Source: Gemmatimonadota bacterium
GTDB taxonomy: Bacteria; Gemmatimonadota; Gemmatimonadetes; Gemmatimonadales; GWC2-71-9
Direction: 5' to 3'
DNA: 64,000 nucleotides
Assembly: GCA_050264615.1 (NCBI GenBank)
Contig: JBLNGI010000198.1
Span: 1,172-65,171, forward strand
The translations under genes and the position numbers were made by a program. Below, piece by piece: positions 1 to 7,515 of the stretch. Position 1 is the stretch's first letter, and every line of letters begins with the position of its first letter. The notes under the pieces were generated by a model. The model saw only the letters and a program-made list of their open reading frames with translations, was not told where the DNA came from and made no database searches.

Positions 1-671
1 GCGGTACCGGAGCACTCAGCCAAACCATCTTGATGAATCAAGCGCCGCGGCGCGTCGTTGCTTGCGATCGGTCGTCGGGATACGTCTCGTACGCTCAGCA
101 ACAGACGGTCGACAACCGCGCTCGGTTTCTCGTCGCGGAGCTTCCCGACTTGCCGCGCATGCCCGAGGGATTCGATGCCGTCGTCGCTGGACTCGTGCTC
201 AACTTCCTGCCCAAGCCACTCGACGGAGTCAGAGCCATGGCGGCCAGCGCCCGCGCGGGTGGCACTGTGGGCGCGTATGTATGGGACTATGCGGACGGGA
301 TGGGGTTGATGCGCGCGTTCTGGGACGCGGCTGTGGCGCTGGATCCTGCCGCTCACAGCCTCGATGAAGGCGTGCGTTTTCCACTATGCCGACCTGTTAC
401 GCTGCGAGCTCTCTTCGAAGACGCGGGACTCCGCGATGTCGTCGTCCAGCCGCTCGTGGTGACAACCGTGTTCCGAGACTTCGACGATTACTGGACGCCC
501 TTCCTCAGCGGTCAGGGCCCGGCCCCCGGATATGCCATGAGCCTGTCGCCAGAACGAAGAGCGCAGCTCCGCGATACCATTCGACGGCGTCTACCCACCT
601 CGCCTGACGGCACCATCCCACTCACCGCGCGCGCGTGGGCAGCGAAGGGGATTGCGGGGGTGCGGGGGTGA
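1..671 (+). CDS. class I SAM-dependent methyltransferase, 5' end outside the window
   Basis: Frame is open from nt 3 with no upstream stop. It reads GTGALSQTIL (SAM-binding motif I context), VVACDRS and FDAVVAGLVLNFL. Stop TGA 669-671. Tracked ORF 30-671 is the in-window part. Confidence 0.7.
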   Translation, partial: GTGALSQTILMNQAPRRVVACDRSSGYVSYAQQQTVDNRARFLVAELPDLPRMPEGFDAVVAGLVLNFLPKPLDGVRAMAASARAGGTVGAYVWDYADGMGLMRAFWDAAVALDPAAHSLDEGVRFPLCRPVTLRALFEDAGLRDVVVQPLVVTTVFRDFDDYWTPFLSGQGPAPGYAMSLSPERRAQLRDTIRRRLPTSPDGTIPLTARAWAAKGIAGVRG

Positions 672-704
672 CCGAAGCGGTTGCCCCCGGTACTTTTAGG
701 GGCC

Positions 705-1784
705 ATGAATCCCCGCGCGACCACCGTGCCCGCTACGCGACCCACGCCAGCAATCGGAAGCGCTCCGGTACCCGCTGGACTGTCGCGCGACCAGCTCCTC
801 GAGATCTACTACTATCTGCGCCTGACGCGGACGCTCGAAGAGCGCCTGGTCGCCCTCTACCGCCAGACCAAGGTCATCGGCGGGCTGTTCCGCTCCCTCG
901 GCCAGGAAGGGGAGTCAGTCGCCTCGGCGTACGCACTGGAACGAGGGGGCAACAAGGACATCCTCTCGCCCCTGATCCGCAACTTGGGATCGCTGCTCGT
1001 GATGGGCGCGAAACCGATCGAGATCCTGCGCCAATACATGGCCAAGGCCCAGAGCCCGACGCGCGGGCGTGAGCAGAACGTCCATTTCAACGACCTCGAA
1101 AAAGGCTACCTCGGCCAGATCTCGCACCTCGGCGATATGGTTCCCGTCATGGCCGGCATCGCCATGACGTTCAAGATGCGCAGCGAGTCGCGCGTGGCGC
1201 TCGTCTACGTCGGAGACGGCGCGACCTCCACGGGCGCGTTCCACGAAGGCCTGAACTTCGCCGCGGTGCAGCGGCTGCCGATGGTGATCATCGGCGAGTA
1301 CAACTACTGGGCCTACTCCACGCCGCCCGAAAAACAGTTCGCCGTAAAAGACCTGGCCGAGAAGGCCAAGGGCTACGGGATCCCCGCCATCACGGTGGAC
1401 GGCAATGACGTGTTCGCGGTCTACGAAGCGACGCGGTTCGCGGCCGAGCGCGCCAGGCACGGCAAGGGCGTGCACTTCATCGAGGTGAAGACCTACCGGC
1501 GCAAGGGCCACGCGGAGCACGACGACCAGCACTACGTGCCGCCCGACGAGATCGAGCGGTGGGCAAAGCAGAACGATCCCGTCGATCGCTACGTCGCGCG
1601 CCTGCTCGACGAGCGGCTCGCGACCGCCGAGGATCTCTCGGGGCTCGACGCGCGAGTCCGCACGGAAGTGGACAACGCGACCGATGCGTGCGTGGACGAG
1701 CCACTCCCCGAGGCCGAGTCGGCGTTGCCCGGTGTCTACCTGGACCCACCGGCCGCCGACCGGCTCTGGTACCGAGGGCTCTGA
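705..1784 (+). CDS. 2-oxoacid (pyruvate/branched-chain) dehydrogenase E1 component, alpha subunit (TPP-dependent)
   Basis: ORF 681-1784 with an internal ATG at 705. TPP-binding region ALVYVGDGATSTGAFHEGLNFAAV. Stop TGA 1782-1784 overlaps the next start (ATGA). Confidence 0.85.
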   Translation: MNPRATTVPATRPTPAIGSAPVPAGLSRDQLLEIYYYLRLTRTLEERLVALYRQTKVIGGLFRSLGQEGESVASAYALERGGNKDILSPLIRNLGSLLVMGAKPIEILRQYMAKAQSPTRGREQNVHFNDLEKGYLGQISHLGDMVPVMAGIAMTFKMRSESRVALVYVGDGATSTGAFHEGLNFAAVQRLPMVIIGEYNYWAYSTPPEKQFAVKDLAEKAKGYGIPAITVDGNDVFAVYEATRFAAERARHGKGVHFIEVKTYRRKGHAEHDDQHYVPPDEIERWAKQNDPVDRYVARLLDERLATAEDLSGLDARVRTEVDNATDACVDEPLPEAESALPGVYLDPPAADRLWYRGL

Positions 1785-2764
1785 TGGGCGAGATCACGTT
1801 CCTCGAAGCCCTGCGCCAGGGGCTGTGGGAAGAGATGGAGCGCGACGAGCGCGTGTTCATTCTCGGCGAGGACGTCGGCCTGTATGGCGGGGCCTTCAAG
1901 GTGACCGATGGGTTCGTCAAGCGCTTCGGGGAATCCCGCGTGATCGATACCCCGATCGCCGAAGCGGCCATCGTCGGTGCAGCAGCCGGGGCTGCGCACA
2001 TGGGGCTGCGGCCGGTCGCCGAGATGCAGTTCATCGACTTCATCTCCTGTGCCTACGACATGCTCACGAACTACGTGGCCACCGCGCGCTACCGGGCTGG
2101 GCTGTCGACGCCGATGGTGGTGCGCGGCCCGTGCGGCGGCTACGTGCGTGGCGGCCCGTTCCACTCGCAGAATCCCGAGGCCGCGTTCCTGCACACGCCC
2201 GGGCTCAAGATCGTCTATCCCGCTACGGCACGCGACGCCAAGGGCCTCATCAAGTCGTCGATTCGCGACGAAGACCCTGTGCTCTACCTCGAGCACAAAT
2301 GGCTGTACCGACGCATCAAGGAGCAGCTGCCCGAGGGCGAAGAGATCCTGACGCCGATCGGCCAGGCCCGCACCGCGCGCGAAGGCAAGCACCTCTCGAT
2401 CATCACCTACGGAGCGACGGTGTGGAAATCGCTCGAGGCGGCGGACAAGCTCGACAAGGACGACGGCCTGTCGGTGGAGGTGCTCGATCTGCGGACGCTG
2501 CTTCCGATGGATGACGCGGCGATCGTTGCGACGGTCCAGAAGACGAACAAGGTCCTGATCGTGCACGAAGACACGCGGACGGGCGGCATCGCGGGCGAGA
2601 TCGCGGCCCGTATCAACGAGCAAGCCTTCGAATGGCTCGACGGACCGATCATGCGCGTGACGGCGCACGACGTGCCGCTGCCGTATGCGCCTACACTCGA
2701 GGATTTCGTCCTGCCGCAGACCGAGGATATCGTTAAAGCGGCACGCTGGCTCGCTCGATACTAG
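1784..2764 (+). CDS. 2-oxoacid dehydrogenase E1 component, beta subunit
   Basis: ATG 1784 lies inside tracked ORF 1559-2764. Reads MGEITFLEALRQGLWEEMERDERVFILGEDVG, typical of the transketolase-like E1 beta family. The upstream part of the tracked ORF overlaps E1 alpha and is Arg-rich noise. Confidence 0.9.
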   Translation: MGEITFLEALRQGLWEEMERDERVFILGEDVGLYGGAFKVTDGFVKRFGESRVIDTPIAEAAIVGAAAGAAHMGLRPVAEMQFIDFISCAYDMLTNYVATARYRAGLSTPMVVRGPCGGYVRGGPFHSQNPEAAFLHTPGLKIVYPATARDAKGLIKSSIRDEDPVLYLEHKWLYRRIKEQLPEGEEILTPIGQARTAREGKHLSIITYGATVWKSLEAADKLDKDDGLSVEVLDLRTLLPMDDAAIVATVQKTNKVLIVHEDTRTGGIAGEIAARINEQAFEWLDGPIMRVTAHDVPLPYAPTLEDFVLPQTEDIVKAARWLARY

Positions 2765-2829
2765 ACGGTCAGTCGGTCAGGCGGTTAGCAACACCACCTA
2801 ACCGGCTAGCCGTCTAACCGACTGACGGG
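2761..2829. repeat. nested imperfect palindrome between E1 beta and E2
   Basis: Inner stem CGGTTAG (2782-2788) / CTAACCG (2798-2804) with a 9-nt loop. Outer stem GTCAGTCGGT (2768-2777) / ACCGACTGAC (2817-2826). In addition TAGACGG (2762-2768) / CCGTCTA (2810-2816). The element ends 7 nt before the E2 start. Confidence 0.6.
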
Positions 2830-2836
2830 AGAAGGT

Positions 2837-4192
2837 ATGGCACGTGTAGATGTTCTCATGCCGCAGATGGGCGAGTCGATCGCCGAAGGCACGCTGAGCA
2901 AGTGGCTCAAGAAGGTCGGCGACAGTGTGAAGCGCGACGAGCCGCTGTTCGAGATTTCGACCGACAAGGTCGATGCCGAGATTCCCGCACCCGCCGCCGG
3001 CACGCTGGCCGAGATCAAGGTGCAGGAGGGGCAGACCGTGCCGGTGCAGACCCTCGTCGCCGTTCTGGAAACGGACGCGTCGGCCGCCGCAACCAAATCT
3101 GCAGCGTCCGCGCCTGCTCCCGCACCCGCCGCCCCGAGACCGGAACCAGCGAAGCCGGCACCTGCGCCCACACCGGCGCCGCGCGCTCAGGCGTCAAGTC
3201 CACAGCCACCTCAGCCCGCGCCAGCCCCCGTGATGAAGAGCGGTGATGGCGATGGCGGAGTTCAAACGGCCGAGCAGCGCCTGCGCACGAAATCCACGCC
3301 GCTCGTCCGCAAGATCGCCGCCGAGCACAGCGTGGATATCTCGCGCATCCCGGGCAGTGGGTACGCGGGCCGCGTGACCAAGCAGGACATCATGGGCTAC
3401 ATCGAGAAGGCACCAGCGGCCGCTGCGCCGCACGCCGCACGCCCCACGCTGCCTGGTACAGTCGAGCATCCCGCGGTGGAACCGTGGCCCGGTGATCGCG
3501 TCGAGCCCTGGTCCAAGATCCGCAAGATCACCGCCGATCACATGGTGATGTCGCGGCGCGTCTCGGCGCACGTCGCGAGCTTCTTCGAGGTCGATTTCAC
3601 GCGGGTGGCGCAGTTGCGAGGCAAGGCCAAGCACACCTACGCCGAACGCGGAGTGAGCCTGACGTTCCTCGCGTTTATCGTGAAAGCGTGCGCCGAGAAT
3701 CTGCGCAAGCATCCGATCGTGAATGCGGCGGTCTCGGGCGACAGCACGATCTATCGCAGCGAGGTGAACATCGGGATCGCGGTCGCGCTCGACTGGGGCC
3801 TCATCGTGCCGGTGATCAAGCGTGCCGACGAGCTCGCGCTCATGGGGCTCGCGCGCACCATCAACGATCTCGGCGAGCGCGCCCGCACCAAGAAGCTGTC
3901 GCCCGACGACATCCAGCGCGGCACGTTCACGATCACCAATCCGGGGGGCTTCGGGCCGTACGCCGGCATCCCGATCATCAATCAGCCGCAGGTCGCGATC
4001 CTGGGTGTGGGGGCGATCGAAAAGCGTCCCAAGGTCGTCACGGCGCCCGACGGAACGGATTCGATCGCGGTGCGCACGATGGGGATGTTGACGATGTCGT
4101 ACGATCATCGCGTCGTGGACGGTGCCGACGCCGACAAGTTCCTGGCCGACGTCAAGCAGACGCTGCAGGAGTTTCCCGAGGGAGCGGTGTGA
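2837..4192 (+). CDS. dihydrolipoamide acyltransferase (E2 component of 2-oxoacid dehydrogenase complex)
   Basis: ORF 2837-4192. Lipoyl domain (EISTDKVDAEIPAP), Ala/Pro linker, E3-binding domain (PLVRKIAAEHSVDISRIPGSG) and catalytic motif DHRVVDGADA. Confidence 0.9.
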   Translation: MARVDVLMPQMGESIAEGTLSKWLKKVGDSVKRDEPLFEISTDKVDAEIPAPAAGTLAEIKVQEGQTVPVQTLVAVLETDASAAATKSAASAPAPAPAAPRPEPAKPAPAPTPAPRAQASSPQPPQPAPAPVMKSGDGDGGVQTAEQRLRTKSTPLVRKIAAEHSVDISRIPGSGYAGRVTKQDIMGYIEKAPAAAAPHAARPTLPGTVEHPAVEPWPGDRVEPWSKIRKITADHMVMSRRVSAHVASFFEVDFTRVAQLRGKAKHTYAERGVSLTFLAFIVKACAENLRKHPIVNAAVSGDSTIYRSEVNIGIAVALDWGLIVPVIKRADELALMGLARTINDLGERARTKKLSPDDIQRGTFTITNPGGFGPYAGIPIINQPQVAILGVGAIEKRPKVVTAPDGTDSIAVRTMGMLTMSYDHRVVDGADADKFLADVKQTLQEFPEGAV

Positions 4193-4194
4193 AG

Positions 4195-4509
4195 ATGCCG
4201 AAAGTGCTGACCGCGGCGCGCGTGCGCGTGCCCACTCAAAACGAGGCGGAGTACGTCAACACGCTGCGCGAGCTGAGTCAGTTCGCCGAGGCGCGGGGCC
4301 AGCGCATCTGGCTGTTCCGCAACGCCAAGGATCCGCGGCTGTTCATCGAGTTCTCGGAGAGCCCCACCGAGATGTCGCACCGCGCGCAGGCGTCGCGGCT
4401 GCCCGAGGAGATCAAGCTCGAGCGGCGGCTCCAGGCGCTTGCGACTTACGCGCCGGACGCGTGGGAGCTGTGGAGCGAGGTTCCCGTCGCCACGACGTCG
4501 CAGGCATAA
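4195..4509 (+). CDS. hypothetical protein (104 aa)
   Basis: ATG 4195 lies 2 nt after the E2 stop, in frame inside tracked ORF 3688-4509. Reads MPKVLTAARVRVPTQNEAEYVNTLRELSQF. GC-rich third codon positions. No motif recognised. Confidence 0.55.
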   Translation: MPKVLTAARVRVPTQNEAEYVNTLRELSQFAEARGQRIWLFRNAKDPRLFIEFSESPTEMSHRAQASRLPEEIKLERRLQALATYAPDAWELWSEVPVATTSQA

Positions 4510-4511
4510 CG

Positions 4512-4778
4512 ATGGTCCGCACGATCGTCGTCGCCGGGGAAACCTGGGAGGCCTATCCATCGGGTCGCGTCACGGTGTACGGCCGGGACCAATTCGGCCT
4601 GATCTTCGAGCGCGGCACGGGGGCGCAACGCACCCGGCGCATCACGCATTACTCCCCGACCGGATCTCGCGTCCCCGAGCGCTCGTTCGCCGAGCTGTCC
4701 GAACGCGAGGTCCTCGACTTGTTCCGCCAGTCACAGCCGGCCTGGACGGCGCCCGAGGTGAACTACGCCGCACGTTGA
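4512..4778 (+). CDS. hypothetical protein (88 aa)
   Basis: ATG 4512 lies 2 nt after the previous stop, inside tracked ORF 4122-4778. Reads MVRTIVVAGETWEAYPSGRVTVYG. No motif recognised. Confidence 0.5.
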   Translation: MVRTIVVAGETWEAYPSGRVTVYGRDQFGLIFERGTGAQRTRRITHYSPTGSRVPERSFAELSEREVLDLFRQSQPAWTAPEVNYAAR

Positions 4779-5655
4779 CCTGCATTGCCATTCGACGGCG
4801 TCCGACGGGGAGGCCGAGCCGGCGGAGGTCGCGCGGCACGCGCGCGCCGCCGGTCTCGCCGCGATCGCCCTCACCGATCACGACACGACCGACGGCGTCG
4901 CGGACGCGACGCGTGAAGCCGGCAGACTCGGCGTTCGGGTCGTTCCGGGCTGCGAATTCAGCGTGCGGGCGCCGTGGGGCGAGCTGCATGTGCTCGCCCT
5001 GTTCCTGCCGCAGGGAAACGAGCGGCTCCAGGACTTCCTGCGTGAGACGCGCGCGGCGCGGCGCGTGCGCGGCGAGCAGATGGTCGCCAAACTCCAGCGC
5101 CTGGGCGTCGCGATCGACCTCGCGGATGTGCAGGCGCAGCTGATCGGCGGCGATGACGGGGCACTGGGTCGGCCGCACGTGGCGCGCGCGCTCGTCGATT
5201 GCGGCGCGTGCGAGGACATCAGCGATGCGTTCCGCCGCTACCTCGGCCGCGGACGTGCGGCGTACGTAGAGAAGCCGCTGCCCAGGCTGTCGGAGGTCAC
5301 GGCGCTCGTTCACGATGTCGGCGGGCTCACCGTCGCCGCGCATCTCGGCGATCACGGCACCGAGGCGCAGCTTCGCATCTTTCAGGATCAGGGGCTCGAT
5401 TGCGTGGAAGTGCGCCATCCGAGCCACGTGCAGTCCGTCGAGCAACGGCTCACGAAGATCGCCGCGCGGCTCGGGCTCGGCATCAGCGGCGGGTCGGATT
5501 GGCACGGCGAGAGCGAGTACGGGGGCAATCACGCCCCGCTGGGCAGCATGCAGGTCCCCGAGGTGTGGCTGGAGCAGCTCGAGCGGCGCCTGGAGCAGGC
5601 AACCATGAAACATGGAGGCATAGGGAATGAGCGATCCGCTACCGATCGGCAGTAA
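4774..5655 (+). CDS. PHP-domain phosphoesterase (TrpH/YciV-like); start codon unresolved
   Basis: Tracked ORF 4963-5655 starts at GTG 4963. The same frame upstream encodes the PHP N-terminal motifs VDLHCHSTASDG (4774-) and AIALTDHDTTDG. An in-frame stop lies at 4759-4761, and there is no ATG/GTG/TTG between 4762 and 4962. Confidence 0.75.
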   Translation, partial: VDLHCHSTASDGEAEPAEVARHARAAGLAAIALTDHDTTDGVADATREAGRLGVRVVPGCEFSVRAPWGELHVLALFLPQGNERLQDFLRETRAARRVRGEQMVAKLQRLGVAIDLADVQAQLIGGDDGALGRPHVARALVDCGACEDISDAFRRYLGRGRAAYVEKPLPRLSEVTALVHDVGGLTVAAHLGDHGTEAQLRIFQDQGLDCVEVRHPSHVQSVEQRLTKIAARLGLGISGGSDWHGESEYGGNHAPLGSMQVPEVWLEQLERRLEQATMKHGGIGNERSATDRQ

Positions 5656-6064
5656 AGCGCCAGCGTTCAGCGCGCCGGCGTCCGACGGCAAAACCTACGC
5701 GCTCGCCGACCTGCTCAAGCAGGGAGGCGTGGTCCTCGTCTTCTATCCGGGCAACAACACCCCCGGCTGAAACCGCCAACTCTCCGCCGTGCGCGATGAG
5801 ATCGCCAAGTTTCAATCCGCCAAGATGCAGCCGCTGGGCGTGAACCCCGCGAGCATCGAGAGCCATCAGAACTACGTGGAAAAGTTTCGCTTCACCTTCC
5901 CACTGCTCTCGGATCCCGAGCGCGCGATCGCCCGCGCCTACCACGCGCTCAAGGACGACGGCAAGGGGATTCAACGCACCGTGTACGTGATCGGGTCCGA
6001 CGGCACGGTGCGGTTCGCGCAACGTGGCGCTCCACCCGTGGACGACATCGTCGGTGCCCGCTGA
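5627..6064 (+). CDS. bcp: Bcp/PrxQ-type peroxiredoxin with in-frame TGA (probable selenocysteine) at the peroxidatic position
   Basis: ATG 5627. Reads MSDPLPIGSKAPAFSAPASDGKTYALADLLKQGGVVLVFYPGNNTPG-[TGA 5768-5770]-NRQLSAVRDE, then continues in frame into tracked ORF 5789-6064 (FTFPLLSD, GKGIQRTVYVIGSDG). It aligns to the E. coli Bcp motif [11 protein letters not shown] with TGA opposite Cys. Confidence 0.7.
5791..5810 (+). promoter_or_regulatory. candidate SECIS-like hairpin downstream of the in-frame UGA
   Basis: GCGAU (5793-5797) - loop GAG - AUCGC (5801-5805). C5792-G5809 and G5791-U5810 may extend the stem across a 3-nt bulge. The loop starts 27 nt after the UGA and contains G. The stem is short, so this is tentative. 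Confidence 0.3.
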
Positions 6065-6776
6065 CCTCCACGGCAAGGTCGCGCTCGTCACCGGCGTGGG
6101 GCGCGTCGGGCAAATCGGTCATGCGGTGGCGCGCGGCCTGGGCCGCGCCGGCGCGAAGCTGCTGCTCGCCGACGTCAATGCGGTCGGGCTCGCCGACCGC
6201 GTCAAGGAATTCGCCGCCGAGGGGATCGCCGCCAAGGCATCGGCCGGCGACCTGACGCAGCCCGAGGTGGCGCGCAGCGCCACCGCCGCGGCCAAGAGCC
6301 ATTTCGGTGGGCTCGACGTGGTCGTGAATGTCGCCGGCGGGTTCTTCAGCTATGGTCCGTTCACCGAAGTGAAACCCGAGATGCTCGACCGTGAGCTGTC
6401 GGTCAACTTCAAGACGGCGTTCTTCATGTGCCAGGCCGCCATGCCGCTCCTGCTCGAACGCGGCGGTGGCGCGATCGTGAACTTCGCCTCCATCGCGGTG
6501 ATCCGCTCGCTCATGCACATGTCCGCCTACAGCGCGGCGAAATCGGCCGTCGCGGCGCTCACGCGCGAGCTGGCTCGCGAATACCGCGATGCCAACATCC
6601 GCGTCAACGCCGTCGCCCCCGCCACCGTGCGCACGGCGGACAACGTCGCGCAGCTGGGGGAGAACCAGCCGCTCGTGGAGCTGGACGAGGTCGTGAGCAC
6701 CGTGTTGTTCCTCGCGAGCGACGAGGCGAGTGCGATTACGGGCCAGATCGTGCCGATCACCGGGAAAGCGTACTAG
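6054..6776 (+). CDS. SDR family oxidoreductase
   Basis: Tracked ORF 6024-6776. In-frame GTG at 6054 gives VPADLHGKVALVTGVGRVGQIG (glycine-rich NAD(P) motif). Catalytic YSAAK is present. Confidence 0.8.
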   Translation: MPADLHGKVALVTGVGRVGQIGHAVARGLGRAGAKLLLADVNAVGLADRVKEFAAEGIAAKASAGDLTQPEVARSATAAAKSHFGGLDVVVNVAGGFFSYGPFTEVKPEMLDRELSVNFKTAFFMCQAAMPLLLERGGGAIVNFASIAVIRSLMHMSAYSAAKSAVAALTRELAREYRDANIRVNAVAPATVRTADNVAQLGENQPLVELDEVVSTVLFLASDEASAITGQIVPITGKAY

Positions 6777-7507
6777 TGCGCCTGGAAGGCGCGGCCGCGC
6801 TCGTCACCGGCGCAGGCCGCCGCATTGGGCAGGCGATTGCGCTCGGGCTCGCGCAAGCGGGCTGTGATATCGCGGTGCATTACCACGGCTCGGCGGAGGG
6901 CGCGGAGCAAACGGCCCGGGCCATCCGGGAGGCAGGTCGCCGCGTCGAGCTGCTCCAGGCCGATCTGAGCGATGCGGTGGCGGCGCGCGGGCTCGCGGAT
7001 CAGGTGGCGCGCGCGTTCAAGCGGCTCGACGTCGTCGTGAATTCTGCGGCGATCATGGTCCGGGAGCCCGTCGAAACGGTCACACCGGAAAGCTGGGACC
7101 GCACGCTCGATCTCAATCTGCGTGCGGTGTTCTTCGTGTCGCAGGGCGCGATCCCGCACCTGCGCCGCGCCAAGGGAAAGATCGTCAACATCGCGGATTT
7201 GGCGGGACTCGAGCCCTGGCCCGCTTACGTGCCGCACTGTGTCAGCAAAGCCGGCGTCATCATGCTCACCAAGGCACTGGCGCGCGCGCTCGCACCCGAG
7301 GTCGCCGTGAACGCCGTCGCTCCTGGCGCGGTGCTCCTCCCGGACGAATGGGACGCCGGAGACCGGGAGCACATTCGTGAGACGACGCCGCTCGCGCGGC
7401 TCGGCTCGCCCACCGACGTCGTGGCCGCGGTCAAGTTCCTCCTGACCGGCACCGACTACGCGACGGGCACTGTTTTGGTGATCGACGGAGGGAGAGTCAT
7501 CCGCTGA
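6776..7507 (+). CDS. SDR family oxidoreductase (pteridine-reductase-like)
   Basis: GTG 6776 overlaps the previous stop TAG 6774-6776, inside tracked ORF 6428-7507. Contains AALVTGAGRRIGQAIALGL and YVPHCVSKAG (YxxxK). Confidence 0.85.
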   Translation: MRLEGAAALVTGAGRRIGQAIALGLAQAGCDIAVHYHGSAEGAEQTARAIREAGRRVELLQADLSDAVAARGLADQVARAFKRLDVVVNSAAIMVREPVETVTPESWDRTLDLNLRAVFFVSQGAIPHLRRAKGKIVNIADLAGLEPWPAYVPHCVSKAGVIMLTKALARALAPEVAVNAVAPGAVLLPDEWDAGDREHIRETTPLARLGSPTDVVAAVKFLLTGTDYATGTVLVIDGGRVIR

Positions 7508-7515
7508 GGGACGTC

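Noticed and set aside
1559-1783. Long N-terminal extensions of tracked ORFs, e.g. 1559-1783 for E1 beta, 51465-52349 for ssb and 54253-54957 for hemA
   Set aside because: The extensions overlap the preceding real genes in another frame and read as Arg/Pro-rich noise. Conserved N-termini begin at internal starts that overlap or closely follow the upstream stop.
4195-4778. The adjacent small ORFs (104 and 88 aa) as a toxin-antitoxin pair
   Set aside because: Size and adjacency fit, but I recognise no toxin or antitoxin fold or motif, and they sit inside a metabolic operon. There is no positive evidence.
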